Assembly (NCBI RefSeq): GCF_963676685.1
Contig: NC_092354.1
Coordinates: 58,218,001-58,282,000, forward strand
Source: Mytilus edulis
Lineage: Eukaryota
Direction of reading: 5' to 3'
Length of the DNA: 64,000 nt
Shown here: positions 11,101 to 22,047 of the stretch, piece by piece
Layout: every line of letters begins with the position of its first letter
Position numbering within the stretch: the first letter of the stretch is position 1
Notes under the pieces: generated by a model
What the model was told of the DNA's origin: nothing
Seen by the model: only the letters and a program-made list of their open reading frames with translations
Database searches by the model: none
Program-made: the position numbers and the translations under genes

Positions 11101-13069
11101 GTAAGTTATATATGTTAAAAAAATGTTTCTGCTACAAATCACGAGGCATTGTTTTATTTGTACATGCCATGCTGTCCATCAAGGGTCCTTGATCGGAATA
11201 GTATTATATTCTTATTCTTATTCAATATATGAAGTTATAGTTATGAGCTAACTAATTGGATGAACACATGCATGTTTTCATTATAAGTGCTCCTAGAAAT
11301 CATACATATTACACAAAATGTTACAGAATGTTGTAAAGTTATAAAATAAAGTGCACACGCACTAGCTTAAACACAATCTTCCAATAATAAATTCTTTTAT
11401 ATGTTCTCATTTTAATAATAAGATTACAACATGTTTGTACTAGTATTTCATTATGTAACATGGTTTTGCATCCATTTGATGAGTCCTTTTCATCTAATTT
11501 TTATAGTGTGTTCTAAGGTTCCGCTGTTACATAAGTACCGACAAATATGAGCAGAATTAACCGCTCACAAACATGTTTAACCCCGTCACTTTTTTTGTTA
11601 GAGTATGCAAGCCTGTAGTTCAGTAGTTGTCAGTGTTTCATGTCTCTCGTATTTCTTTTCATAACTTTATTTTTGAACAATTAGGCCTTTCGTTTTCTTA
11701 AGAATTTTGAATTGTTTCATAGAAAATGTGACAAGATTATAGGACAGGTTGACAATTTAAAATATAGAGAACAGATGTCAGTTAAGAGTTTTTAGTCTAA
11801 ATTTTGATTTAGTATTTGCATTTGTACATACTGATAACTGAAAACTTAATTACACATCTCATTATATAATCTCCGGGTACCTTTTATGTAACGGAACCTT
11901 CTAACTCTTTCCCGGGGGAGGGGTCTTCACATTTGGTATTTGTTTCGGTTCATGTTCCATCTTTTTTCTGTGAAGTGCATGGTTTAGGAACTTTTTATTG
12001 TGTCGTAATTATTTTTCTTTTTTGGCACTGATGTTACCTGTTTTTAATTCGAACTTTGATTTATCGCCTTGATATTTTTTATTTCTTCTTTTGTTTGTGA
12101 AATTGCTACAAAGATTGCATGTCAGCTTAAACTTGAAACTGCTAAAGGTTCCTAAACGATATGTTTTATGTGTGCAGTAATCCTTGATACTATCGATAAC
12201 TGTGGCATATGACATATCTCTGCGATTGAGAACTATTTTAACCACAGGCAGTAATATGTCAGGATATCAAAATGTTGTTCATACTTCCAAACTGTCTACA
12301 GATTTTCTGAATATTAACAAAAAAGGAGATGTCCTGTTTAAGCTAGTAATATAACAACGTACATGTACATTGTAACGACAAATAAACATTACAAAAATAA
12401 ATATCATAACACATTAATTAATGAACACATCAAATATTTCATACTAACAAATAATTTGAGAATAAAGACATGAAAACAAAAGGAAACTTTTTGAAGCGAA
12501 TCAATGGATTTTAATCGAGTGCATCCTTTTACAGTATAAATACGACACAAACACACCGAATAGCTAGTGGAATTCTATGCGCAAATTTTGTTCTTGTGGA
12601 CATAACTTAAATAAGTGTGTGTGTTTTTCATAATAAAGCGTGGGATCTTAATATATTATCCAAGTTTACGAAAAGGATGTCAGCTGCACAATGGTAAGTA
12701 TAGATTTGAAACTTATTCTTATATTCTTTCGTTAAAATCCATTGAATCGTTATTGATAACAAAACATAACAGTAAATATTCATCAAGATCATTCGATTAT
12801 TGTCATTACATGTATATATAAAGAATCATTATGAAAAAAATATACAGATCTTATTATAATATAACTGACAAGTGTGCGAAAGTTCATGCAATCATCATAA
12901 ATAGTTTTTGAGATACGGCGCGACATGTGAAAAAACACCACCCCTGTTTTAGTTACAAAGTCCCGTAACTCAATTTAAATAAATGTTTCCCCGATATATT
13001 TCGTAAGATAACACATGCATGGAATATGTTTATTAAAAAATTAACATTTAATCGTGTAAAAAGGCTGTT

Positions 13070-13440
13070 AAATACAAGAAAACATCGCAACTGCCACAGA
13101 CTCCGTCATTTTAAAGGAAAACCTCTCGTCATACTTCCATCCGGAGACCGGTGACACAGTAATGATGTAAAGAACATCCTTGTTTTTTTTATTCTGCACC
13201 AACCACAATTTCAAACTTGTATGTTTTTTCTTCGGTTCTGTTGATCACAACTTGTACAGCACCTGCACTTGATGACTTAAAACAAAAGGTTGTGTACACT
13301 CATTACCTGTTTGATCATGCGTTGCAGATATTTCCCTAATTCTGCTTTCATTCTCGTATATGTACATGGCCATCAGTGCTAGAACAATAGCATTACAGAA
13401 CAAAATTACATGTCTTTCAACAGATTTCTTCAAAACAAAT
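13070..13440 (-). pseudogene. Degraded gene fragment with N-terminal hydrophobic anchor (type II membrane-like); paralog at ~22730-23130
   Basis: VILFCNAIVLALMAMYIY followed by a polar stem; frameshifts and stops differ between the two copies. Confidence 0.3.
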
Positions 13441-14399
13441 TCTAGTGTTGAGGATATTTAAAACCTAATATGGTGTGTATTTCGTTGTCTACAACTATAC
13501 ACAACAAATAATCAAAGGAGGAAATCATTATTTTAAATAATCAGTCGGGTAAAACGGGTAGAGTTTATTCTACATTTAAACCTAGCGTGTACCGATTGAT
13601 AATTAAAGATTGGTTGTCGCTGTAAAACGGCAATGATTTGAATGTAAAATTATCGATTAGAGGTTTTTTTAATAACTGTGGGGGTTTTCCTTATATATTT
13701 GGCTTCAAGCTCCATAGAAGTCCAAACACACTTCTGGTACCGGTTGTGTTATCATTACCACTGGGTCGATTCTTTTCTGTTACAGCCCGATGTTAAATCC
13801 AGCTCAGTGTGTAGTAGTTCTGATTTGGCATGCAAATACTGATATCGTTTTTATTGACATTCGCTTCTTAACAAAATTGAAACGGTTTTAACTAGCTGAT
13901 AATATCTTCCCCATGCAAAGCTCTGATTCATTGTCATTGAATTTTGCTCTATTTTAGATTATGTTGGATTTGATCAGCTCTTTAACGTCTACATTAGTTT
14001 TGTATTTGATTTATACATTTTTTTGCCTCTAGGGTCCACGAACACAGATTAATTGTCGACTTGCTCATCGGGTGCAGTTTAATTGAAAAATGTACACTTT
14101 TAAATTGACAAAAAATATTTTTTGAGATTTTGTTCTTTCCGCGAAAATAAGCGGACATCTACACCCTGCTTAAATAATCCGCTATTGTGTCATAGTTTTT
14201 AATTTGTCATGGAGAACTGGTGACGACAGATTTATTGCAAGAAGATGGATATACTACTATAAAAGGACAACAAATGTTACTTTGTCCACGAAAACCAACT
14301 GTCTATGATTATCTTTTCAGTTTTTAAAAATAATAAACATTATTTGTTATTTTTATACTTAGCAGTCAGGTGAGACGGTTAGTGTAATATTAATCAAGA

Positions 14400-14560
14400 T
14401 TTCAAAAAGACAAGAAAAACTTCGATTAGAAATGAGTACATTTACGCCGGTAATAGAAAGGAAACATCGTATTGATCATAACAAATCCTTTTCACCACTA
14501 GCTGCTTGTTTGTGTGATATCTCGGTGCTGTTGTAAACACTTAAAGATGTAACTGATCTC
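14400..14560 (-). pseudogene. Decayed C1q exon relic
   Basis: ccactagctgcttgtttgtgtgatatctcggtgctgttgtaaacacttaaagatgtaa aligns with ccagatgctgcgtgccctcgtgatatctcgctgatgttttttaccatttgaagatgtaa of copy 3 (LHLQMVKNISEISRGHAASG). Confidence 0.6.
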
Positions 14561-15810
14561 CAACGCATCGACTATGTATAAATGCATGTGTGTGGACATT
14601 TTGTTTCCAAGCATTTTTTTCTCCTAGCTACATATTAATGCAAGATATTTGAAGAATTAAACAAATATCAAGTATTAATGACAAAAATATTTACAAAAAA
14701 ACCGAGGTACAACTAGTGTGTACGGCAATGACCGAAAAACGCTGTATGCTTTCCAAATGTTTTACATACAATCTGCAAAATTTGTTGAATAAGACAAAAA
14801 ATGACTCTCACTTGACCATCACATTAACTAAAAAATAAGTTCCTATTCACAAGGAGTTACAATGATCTGAATTGTTAAGCACGTCAAACAATTTATCGAT
14901 TAAACCGCTTACTGATTCAAAGACCCTGTGTTACCTTTCACTTTATTTTTGTCATGTTTTAAAATCCTGGATTTCAATGCGAGTTCTGTTGTTCATAGAC
15001 ATATTTTGTGTGCTGTATTGTTAAGTGTTGGTTTGTGCTTGATTTGGCTTTTCGCTGAGGTCTCTCTTTTTATCCTACTTTAGGTAACTGTAAAAACAAT
15101 AGACTACTTTGAGACTGGAAAGTAAAATGTTCACATTTGAAATATCAAAAAATAAAGTTAAAAAACTTCATGTAAATTTAGTCGGAGTTACTACTGTCAT
15201 CAATGAGAAATCTGAGTACCGGTGCGTTAAAGAGGGTGTGTATCACAGTTAAGCGATATAGATAAAATATCCGGCTATTTATCCAAAAAATAATATTCAA
15301 AACTAATCTATTTACTTAAAAATATATGATAAATTATGTCTTTAAATGCTACTATTTAGTCCTACATTCCTTTATTAATCGCATATAATCGTGTATGCGT
15401 TGCTGTAATCCTTGTGTACTCATGCAATACTCTACTTACAATACTTTGTACCACTGCATACTGTCATCCCAATTCTGTAAAAATCAAAACAACTACTAGA
15501 AACTCTTTGGCATTTATAGTAAAACCTCTTCTAACAATTCAATGTATCAAAGCATAATCTGAGTTCGATAACACTTTATCGACATCGTTCCATGCATTTT
15601 TTTTGCCTAAGATGCATTTTCTGACACCCTGTTACCACGACATCAAAAATGTGCTCATGTAAAAAATAAAAATACAAAAATGTTGAAATCAACACTGAAA
15701 ACGCCAATAAACATCAAGCTATTATACCTTATAATATTAATACTTTCAACAATTTAGAAAAGAAAAAAAACACACACGTGAGTGTTACCAAGGTTTAAAA
15801 AAAAAACACT

Positions 15811-16102
15811 TAAGGAATGACTTTCATAATTTTTCTGTCTATGAAGAAATAACATAAAAAGTTTGGTGCACACAGAATAACGCGTGTACCGGGTTATTAA
15901 ACAGTGTGCACCACATTTTTTATGTTATTTCGAATAGACAGAAACATTTTACAGTCATTTCTTATAATTTAAATCTTGATTCCATTTTAAACCGTAGAAA
16001 AACATGAAAAAACGTTGAAGACGTCACGGTCACTATGTCTGTCGGCTGATAACAAAATAACGTCAGCCAATCAGGAGACGCATTACATCCAAAATTAAAT
16101 TA
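15811..16102. mobile_element. Non-autonomous Crypton-like element with terminal hairpin
   Basis: ~150-bp imperfect hairpin 15811-15965; absent from the paralogous site at ~26163 (aaacactaggttatg). Confidence 0.75.
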
Positions 16103-16103
16103 T

Positions 16104-16560
16104 TAGGTTATGTTGGTTTCAATATAGAATTATGCATTGTATATTGGCGACAAATGGTGTATTCTTTAAAATGAACCTTGTTAATTGTAATGTGTGTACA
16201 CTTTCTAAGAAGAGGCAGAAACTATAGAAAACTTACTTTGGGGTTTTCATTTTGTGGCGCACATTTTGCACAATCTAAATTTATGGATTTTTGATATAAT
16301 TCATATCGAAATTCCACTAGAATTGAATATTTTCAATTTTGGGTCTATGAATATTATAAATTGAATTTTATTTAAAATAAAGTTATATGATCAAGTATTT
16401 TATTTGCAGATGCGAAATGCAGGACCTCATGTAAAAGGACTTCAAAATTACATAAAAGAAAACTTGATTTTAGAGAAACATAGTTACTCAAAACATTCGA
16501 ATGTGGAAGAATACAACTCGTACTGGAACTCTTGTGCTAAGGTGATTGTTTTAATTTAAA
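16104..16560 (+). mobile_element. Degraded L1/Tx1-like LINE ORF2 C-terminal (zf-RVT) fragment; paralog ~26165-26680
   Basis: LCWFQYRIMHCILATNGVFFKMNLVNCNVCT..EAETIENLLWG resembles the zf-RVT consensus FQYKILHRILxTN...CxxC...ETIEHLFWxC. Confidence 0.6.
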
Positions 16561-16849
16561 TGAGGTAAATACATATACATATGTGTGTATATGAGTATTT
16601 GAAAGTATTTGTATACTGGTATACAATAAAAATAAATATATTTTGATACCTATAAGTTTTTGCAGAAAAAAATAAACTAGAAAATTTAAAAAAAAAAAAA
16701 CAACACAAAACTACAAGGAAAATTCAAAACGGAATGTCTCGTATCAAATTGCAGAACCAAAATTATAAACGAATGAAAAACAACTGTCATATTTGCCTTT
16801 CCTTACTTTGATCAGACATTTCCTTATGCAACAAATGTCGAAATGCATT

Positions 16850-17214
16850 TAAGAATTGAATGCTGCTTTTTGTAAATTTATTGGGGTGTAAAAGCGTTAA
16901 CCGAAGTACATTTTGTATGAAGCGCGGAAGCGCTTCATACTAAAAATGTGCGCACGGTCACGCTTTTACAACCATATAAAGTTACAAAAAGAAGCATTCA
17001 ATACTTATAACTACATTTTTTTAGCTAGAATCATGAAAACACGATTTTTATCAAGTTTTCATTTAATTTACCTGTGCACTTTATTGTGGGGCCTCGTGTC
17101 ATCATGAATGATAAATGTTATTGTCTAATACAATTGTTTCAGGAATAGCACGTGATGTGCAGTTAGCCAATCAGAATAACGTATTATAATGAAACATACA
17201 TCTAATGTAATTAT
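16850..17214. mobile_element. Non-autonomous Crypton-like element with terminal hairpin (second family)
   Basis: Hairpin ~16850-17008 centred on gaagcgc-ggaa-gcgcttc; empty site at ~27276-27285 (gcatttagtt). Confidence 0.8.
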
Positions 17215-18364
17215 TTAGTTATAAAATGATGACATGCATCATGTTTATGTTTATGATAATATAACGGATTTACTTCAAATGTGATTTGCATGATATTTCT
17301 TATAATAAAGACCTTTACTAAATACAAGTCGGTGTGCAATTCTTCCAGAAATAGTTTGAGGCCATTACTATCCTGTGTATCGAAACGACTTCCCTCTAAG
17401 TGAAAATATTTCGTTAATATTAGCCATTTTCCTTGTTTGACCGAGTATTAATCAAGCGATATTGCTACCTTTAATAGTTTCTTGTAGAAGCGAGCATATT
17501 TTAATCGATGTATTTTCATGTTGGATGGTGCAAGTTTGTTTAGTTTGTACTCACATAAAAAGGGATGATGCTAATAAAGTACCCAGCTGATACAAAATTT
17601 TTGTTGTGGTGATGTATAAGTTACCTCCCACGTGCACTCTGTCTTATCTTAAGTGTCATTCTCTGTAATTCATGGGACTGTTCACATCAATGTCACAGAT
17701 TTTAAATATCTTTTTCAATATCAAGCCAATATGATGCCCTGATAACAAAAATAACTTTCATTTTTGTTTTGGAGGTTTCTGTTGCCATGGTTACAGGGAC
17801 CATATATATAAGCCCAGTATCAGAGTAGCAAAATCTCAAAATACATAATTTTTCAACTTTCATTATTTTTAACAAATATACATTTTTAGCCTAAATCATA
17901 AGTATACTGAACAAATAAAGGTCTGGAATAACACAATAAAGTAAATAGACATTGACTTGAATTCATTAAAAAAATTAAAACTTGTATATAAAAAGTGCCG
18001 ATTTTGCATTTTTTTCAAAATGCTGAAAAAGGCATTTGGATACATTTTTAGCTGTTACAGGTAAAACATGTACTCGAGATGCGACTATGACAAAAGAATT
18101 GGCATTAACAAAAGAGATTAACAGGAAACTTGAAAACAGTTTTATTTTGCAGCTAGATGTCACATAATATTTATTCTTAGTTAGGTCTGGAAGTTCTAAG
18201 AAACTTGATTATACAACACGGTCTGTGTCTAGAATGAAACTATTTTTTGTGACGCTAAATGAAACTTACAAAACCTTTGAATAGACTTATTAAGAAGGGA
18301 TATAATTACGATACTGTTGTCAAGTCATTAAAGATTGCATATTTTGGCGTTAATATTGAGTCAC

Positions 18365-19029
18365 TGATAAGGTCTTTGCATCGGAACTAAACACATTTAT
18401 TCTAAAAACAGTTGTTGGTATGACACGGGTTATGTTCTTCTCATATATGTTATGATGGTATGATACTAAACCCCTAACGGGAAGGATTGTGCCTGATGTT
18501 CATATGATGAAATCTTAATCTTTCAGTCAGTTTAATTGAAGTCTGGAGCTGGCATGTCAGTTAACTGCTAGTAGTCTGTTGTTATTTATGTATTATTGTC
18601 ATTTTGTTTATTTTCTTTGGTTACTTCTTCTGACATCAGACTCGGATTTCTCTTGAACTGAGTTTTAATGTGCGTATTGTTATGCGTTTACTTAACTACA
18701 TTGGTTAGAGGTATAGGGGGAGGGTTGAGATCTCACAAACATGTTTAACCCCGCCGCATTTTTGCGCCTGTCCCAAGTCAGGAGCCTCTGGCCTTTGTTA
18801 GTCTTGTATTATTTTAATTTTAGTTTCTTGTGTACAATTTGGAAATTAGTATGGCGTTCATTATCACTGGACCAGTATATATTTGTTAAGGGGCCAGCTG
18901 AAGGACGCCTCCGGGTGCGGGAATTTCTCGCTACATTGAAGACCTGTTGGTGACCCTCTGCTGTTGTTTTTTATTTGGTCGGGTTGTTGTCTCTTTGACA
19001 CATTCCCCATTTCCATTCTCAATTTTATT
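18365..19029 (+). repeat. Abundant interspersed retroelement-type repeat
   Basis: Shares 'catgtttaacccc' and 'cctgtcccaagtcaggagcct' blocks with 6630-6660, 11570-11590 and 28290-28345. Confidence 0.55.
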
Positions 19030-19211
19030 ATCAATACTATGGTCATTTTATATAATTTCCTGTTACAAAACTTTGAATTTTTCAAACAACTAAGAATTTT
19101 CTTATCACAGGAATAAATTACCTTAGCCGTATTTGGCACAACCTTTTGGAATTTTGGGTCCTCAATGCTCTTCAACTTTATACTTAATTATCTTGATAAT
19201 ATTTTTGATCT

Positions 19212-19257
19212 GAGCGTCACTGATGAGTCTTATGAAGACGAAACGTGCGTCTGGCGT
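19212..19257 (+). ncRNA. Type I minimal hammerhead ribozyme
   Basis: gcgtca-CTGATGA-gtct tatga agac-GAAA-cgtgcg-TC-tggcgt; predicted cleavage after C19251. Confidence 0.88.
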
Positions 19258-19567
19258 ATTAAATTATAATCCTGGTACCTTTGATAACTTTTTACACCAA
19301 TGGGTCGATGCCACTGCTAGTGGATGTTTCGTCCCCGAGAGTATCACCAGTCCAGTAGTCAGCACTTCGGTGTTAACATGAATATCAATTATAGGGTAAT
19401 TTTATATAAATTTCCTGTTACAAAACTTTTAATTTTTCAAAAAACTAAGAATTTTCTTATCACAGGAATAAATTACCTTAGCCGTATTTGGCACAACCTT
19501 TTGGAATTTTGGGTCCTCAATGCTTTTCAACTTTGAACTTGTTTGTCTTGATAACTATTTTGATCTT

Positions 19568-19612
19568 AGCGTCACTGATGAGTTTTATGAAGACGAAACG
19601 CGCGTCTGGCGT
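19568..19612 (+). ncRNA. Type I minimal hammerhead ribozyme
   Basis: gcgtca-CTGATGA-gttt tatga agac-GAAA-cgcgcg-TC-tggcgt; palindromic stem III; predicted cleavage after C19606. Confidence 0.88.
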
Positions 19613-20923
19613 ATTAAAAAAAAATAATCCTTGTACCTTTGATAGCTATTTACACCACTGGGTCGATGAAACTGCTGGTGGATGTTTCGTCCCCGAGGTT
19701 ATTACCAGCCCAATAGTCAGCACTTCGGTGTTGAGATGAATATCAATTATATGGTCATTTTATATAAATTTCCTGTTACAAAAAGTTTAAAAGGCCAAAA
19801 AAGTACGAAGTTGAAAACAGTACTGTGGTCTTGTAGGTGTTCTTTTTTTCTCTTTTGAGTTGTTTTGCACTGGTCATGATGGCGCCCGTTGTGGCTTCAA
19901 GTAGTTTTGGCAATACGTTTAAGAAAAGAAATGACATGGAAAAATTGAAACAAGATAAAAAAAAATCGAACTGCATGAGTATACATGTATTTGGACATAT
20001 TGGTAAATTTTAAATAACAAATTTATAAACACCTTTTATCATGTTTATTGAGTTTATAAATCTATATTATTAAAATTAGATGAATAAATTGAATGAGTGG
20101 CTTAATATTTATTTAGTTGTCTATCTGAATTCTATTATTGGCACTCTCACCCATGGTGACATTTGTAACCACATGGAACGTCAGATATTTTATATTTACC
20201 AGTTATGTTCATGCATGTTCCTTTGTATCTGCATTTCATGAACATCTTGTTTGTATTCCAGCATCATGCACTAACATGTTTTCCAATGAGTATTTTCAAT
20301 GTTGCATCTCTTAAGTTCTTTGTCACTATATCATAACAGTACTTTAATTATAAATTATATGTTACTCACATGATAGTTGATACCCGATTACGGTCAACAA
20401 AATCATTTAAACGTCATATAAACATTCGATAATAGAAATATACATTGTGAACACATAGTCAACTTTAAATCCAAGTTTGAAAAACCAAGTCTTCATACAA
20501 ATATATTAAGGTATATCGTGTTTTTCTAAAGCAGGGATATCATGATTTAGTTTCTCAGATGTGATTTATTCCGTTTAATAAAATATTTGTTGTAATATCC
20601 AGTTTTATATAGTTATTCAATTTATCCAGTTAATGTATCAGTCAAGTTCGACAAATGTCTTCTTTTCAACCGTTGTGTGTTGATTTATGCATTCAATCAA
20701 GTTTTTTTATAGAATCTAAAAAATCGATATGTTCTTGCCAGTAAATTTTGTGGTTAATGGGATTTTAAATATTTATCTCTCAAAGGTTTCTGTTTTTGTT
20801 TGAAAATAATAATTGAATTTTTGAGCGTTTCTGGGGAAACATTCTATATACACACATATGTCGCTGCTATACATATCAAATATACAAAGAACATTCTCTA
20901 TAAACATTTTTAATAATGAAATA

Positions 20924-21321
20924 TTAGAGAAGATAACCCGTAAAGTAGCTCCAATCGCCATGTATAGTTTGCGATCCTTGGCCAGGATAAAGACGCACAC
21001 TGACAACATCTCCCTTGTTCAAATATATTACTGCGTTCATCGATCCAGACGCTGCTTCACCACTTCGTGCATGCCCTTTTGATATATCGCTGCTGTTCTG
21101 AACCATTTGAAGATGTAGACGTGTACTTCCGTCCTGTAGAAATGTACAGGCAAAGAAGTACATTCCATTAAAGGGTGCTGTGAAATGACCAGTATGTTGG
21201 TTATATGCTTTACCAGCATTGGTTATCACGTGGTCAAAAATAACAGTCTGTAACGAACCAAGGGTTGTAGAATGTACCAATTTTGCATGAAATGCAACTT
21301 TACTGGAAGGGATCGGTGAAC
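20924..21321 (-). CDS. C1q-domain terminal exon, copy 2 (intact ORF, no cognate upstream exons found)
   Basis: Acceptor gtagcag|GT at 21321, phase 1 as in the paralogs; SPIPSSKVAFHAKLVHSTTLGSLQTVIFDHV...YFTGYLL*. Confidence 0.85.
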
Positions 21322-21635
21322 CTGCTACCAACAAAAAAAAATCACTAATATAGTGTTATTAAATGGTTGTTTCTGTATTGCTGCTGTTATAGATACGAGG
21401 TTAGCTGTTTTGGATCCGAGACTCGAAGAATCGAGAGGAAATACAGTTAATCGAATATCTTTGAAAGGGCGAATACAGAAACAGCCTTTTCATTACACTT
21501 TTATTAAATAATCTTAATTCTTCAATTAAATAAAGCAACTTACATGGAGTTGAGGAAGTTACAGAAATTCCTTTTTGAACTTGTCTTTTCACATGTGTGA
21601 TAGATTTACATTTTCAGTTGTATTCTTTGATTTCT

Positions 21636-22047
21636 CGTATTTGGCACAACATTATGAAATTTTGGAGACTCAATGCTCATCAACTTGGTACTTGTTTGTC
21701 TTGATAATTTTTTGATCTGACCGTCACTTATGAGTCTTATGAAGACGAAACGCGCGTCTGGCGTATAAAATTATAGTCCTTGTACCTTTGATAACTACTT
21801 ACACCACTGGGTCGATGACACTGCTGGTGAACGTTTCGTCCCCGAGGTTATCACCAGCCCAGTAGTCACATTTCGATGTTTACATGAATATCAATTATAT
21901 GGTCATTTTATATAAATTTCCTGTTAGAAAACTTTGAATTTTTCGAAAAACTAAGGAATTTCTTATCCTAGGAAAAGTTTACTTTAGCCGTATTTGGCAC
22001 AACTTTTTCGAATTTTTGGTCCTCCATGCTCTTCAACTTTGTACTTG
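21636..22047 (+). mobile_element. Retrozyme-like repeat (~1.1 unit) with a core-mutated hammerhead at 21721-21764
   Basis: Same family as 19030-19785; core reads CTTATGA instead of CTGATGA. Confidence 0.8.

Larger units (their letters stand above)
12816..17654 (+). repeat. Segmental duplication, copy A (paralog of 22464-27732)
   Basis: Colinear high similarity from 'atataaagaatcattatgaaaaaaatatacagatc' to 'cacgtgcactctgtcttatcttaagt'. Confidence 0.95.
19030..19785 (+). mobile_element. Tandem ~355-bp hammerhead-containing repeat (non-LTR retrozyme-like), ~2.1 units
   Basis: Direct repeats with ~355-bp period, each carrying a type I hammerhead. Confidence 0.85.

Noticed and set aside
21544-21615. 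Possible phase-1 donor (CCAT|gtaagt) upstream of the orphan C1q exon
   Set aside because: In-frame stop ~70 nt upstream, no good acceptor, no signal peptide and no similarity to paralog exons; not excluded without RNA data
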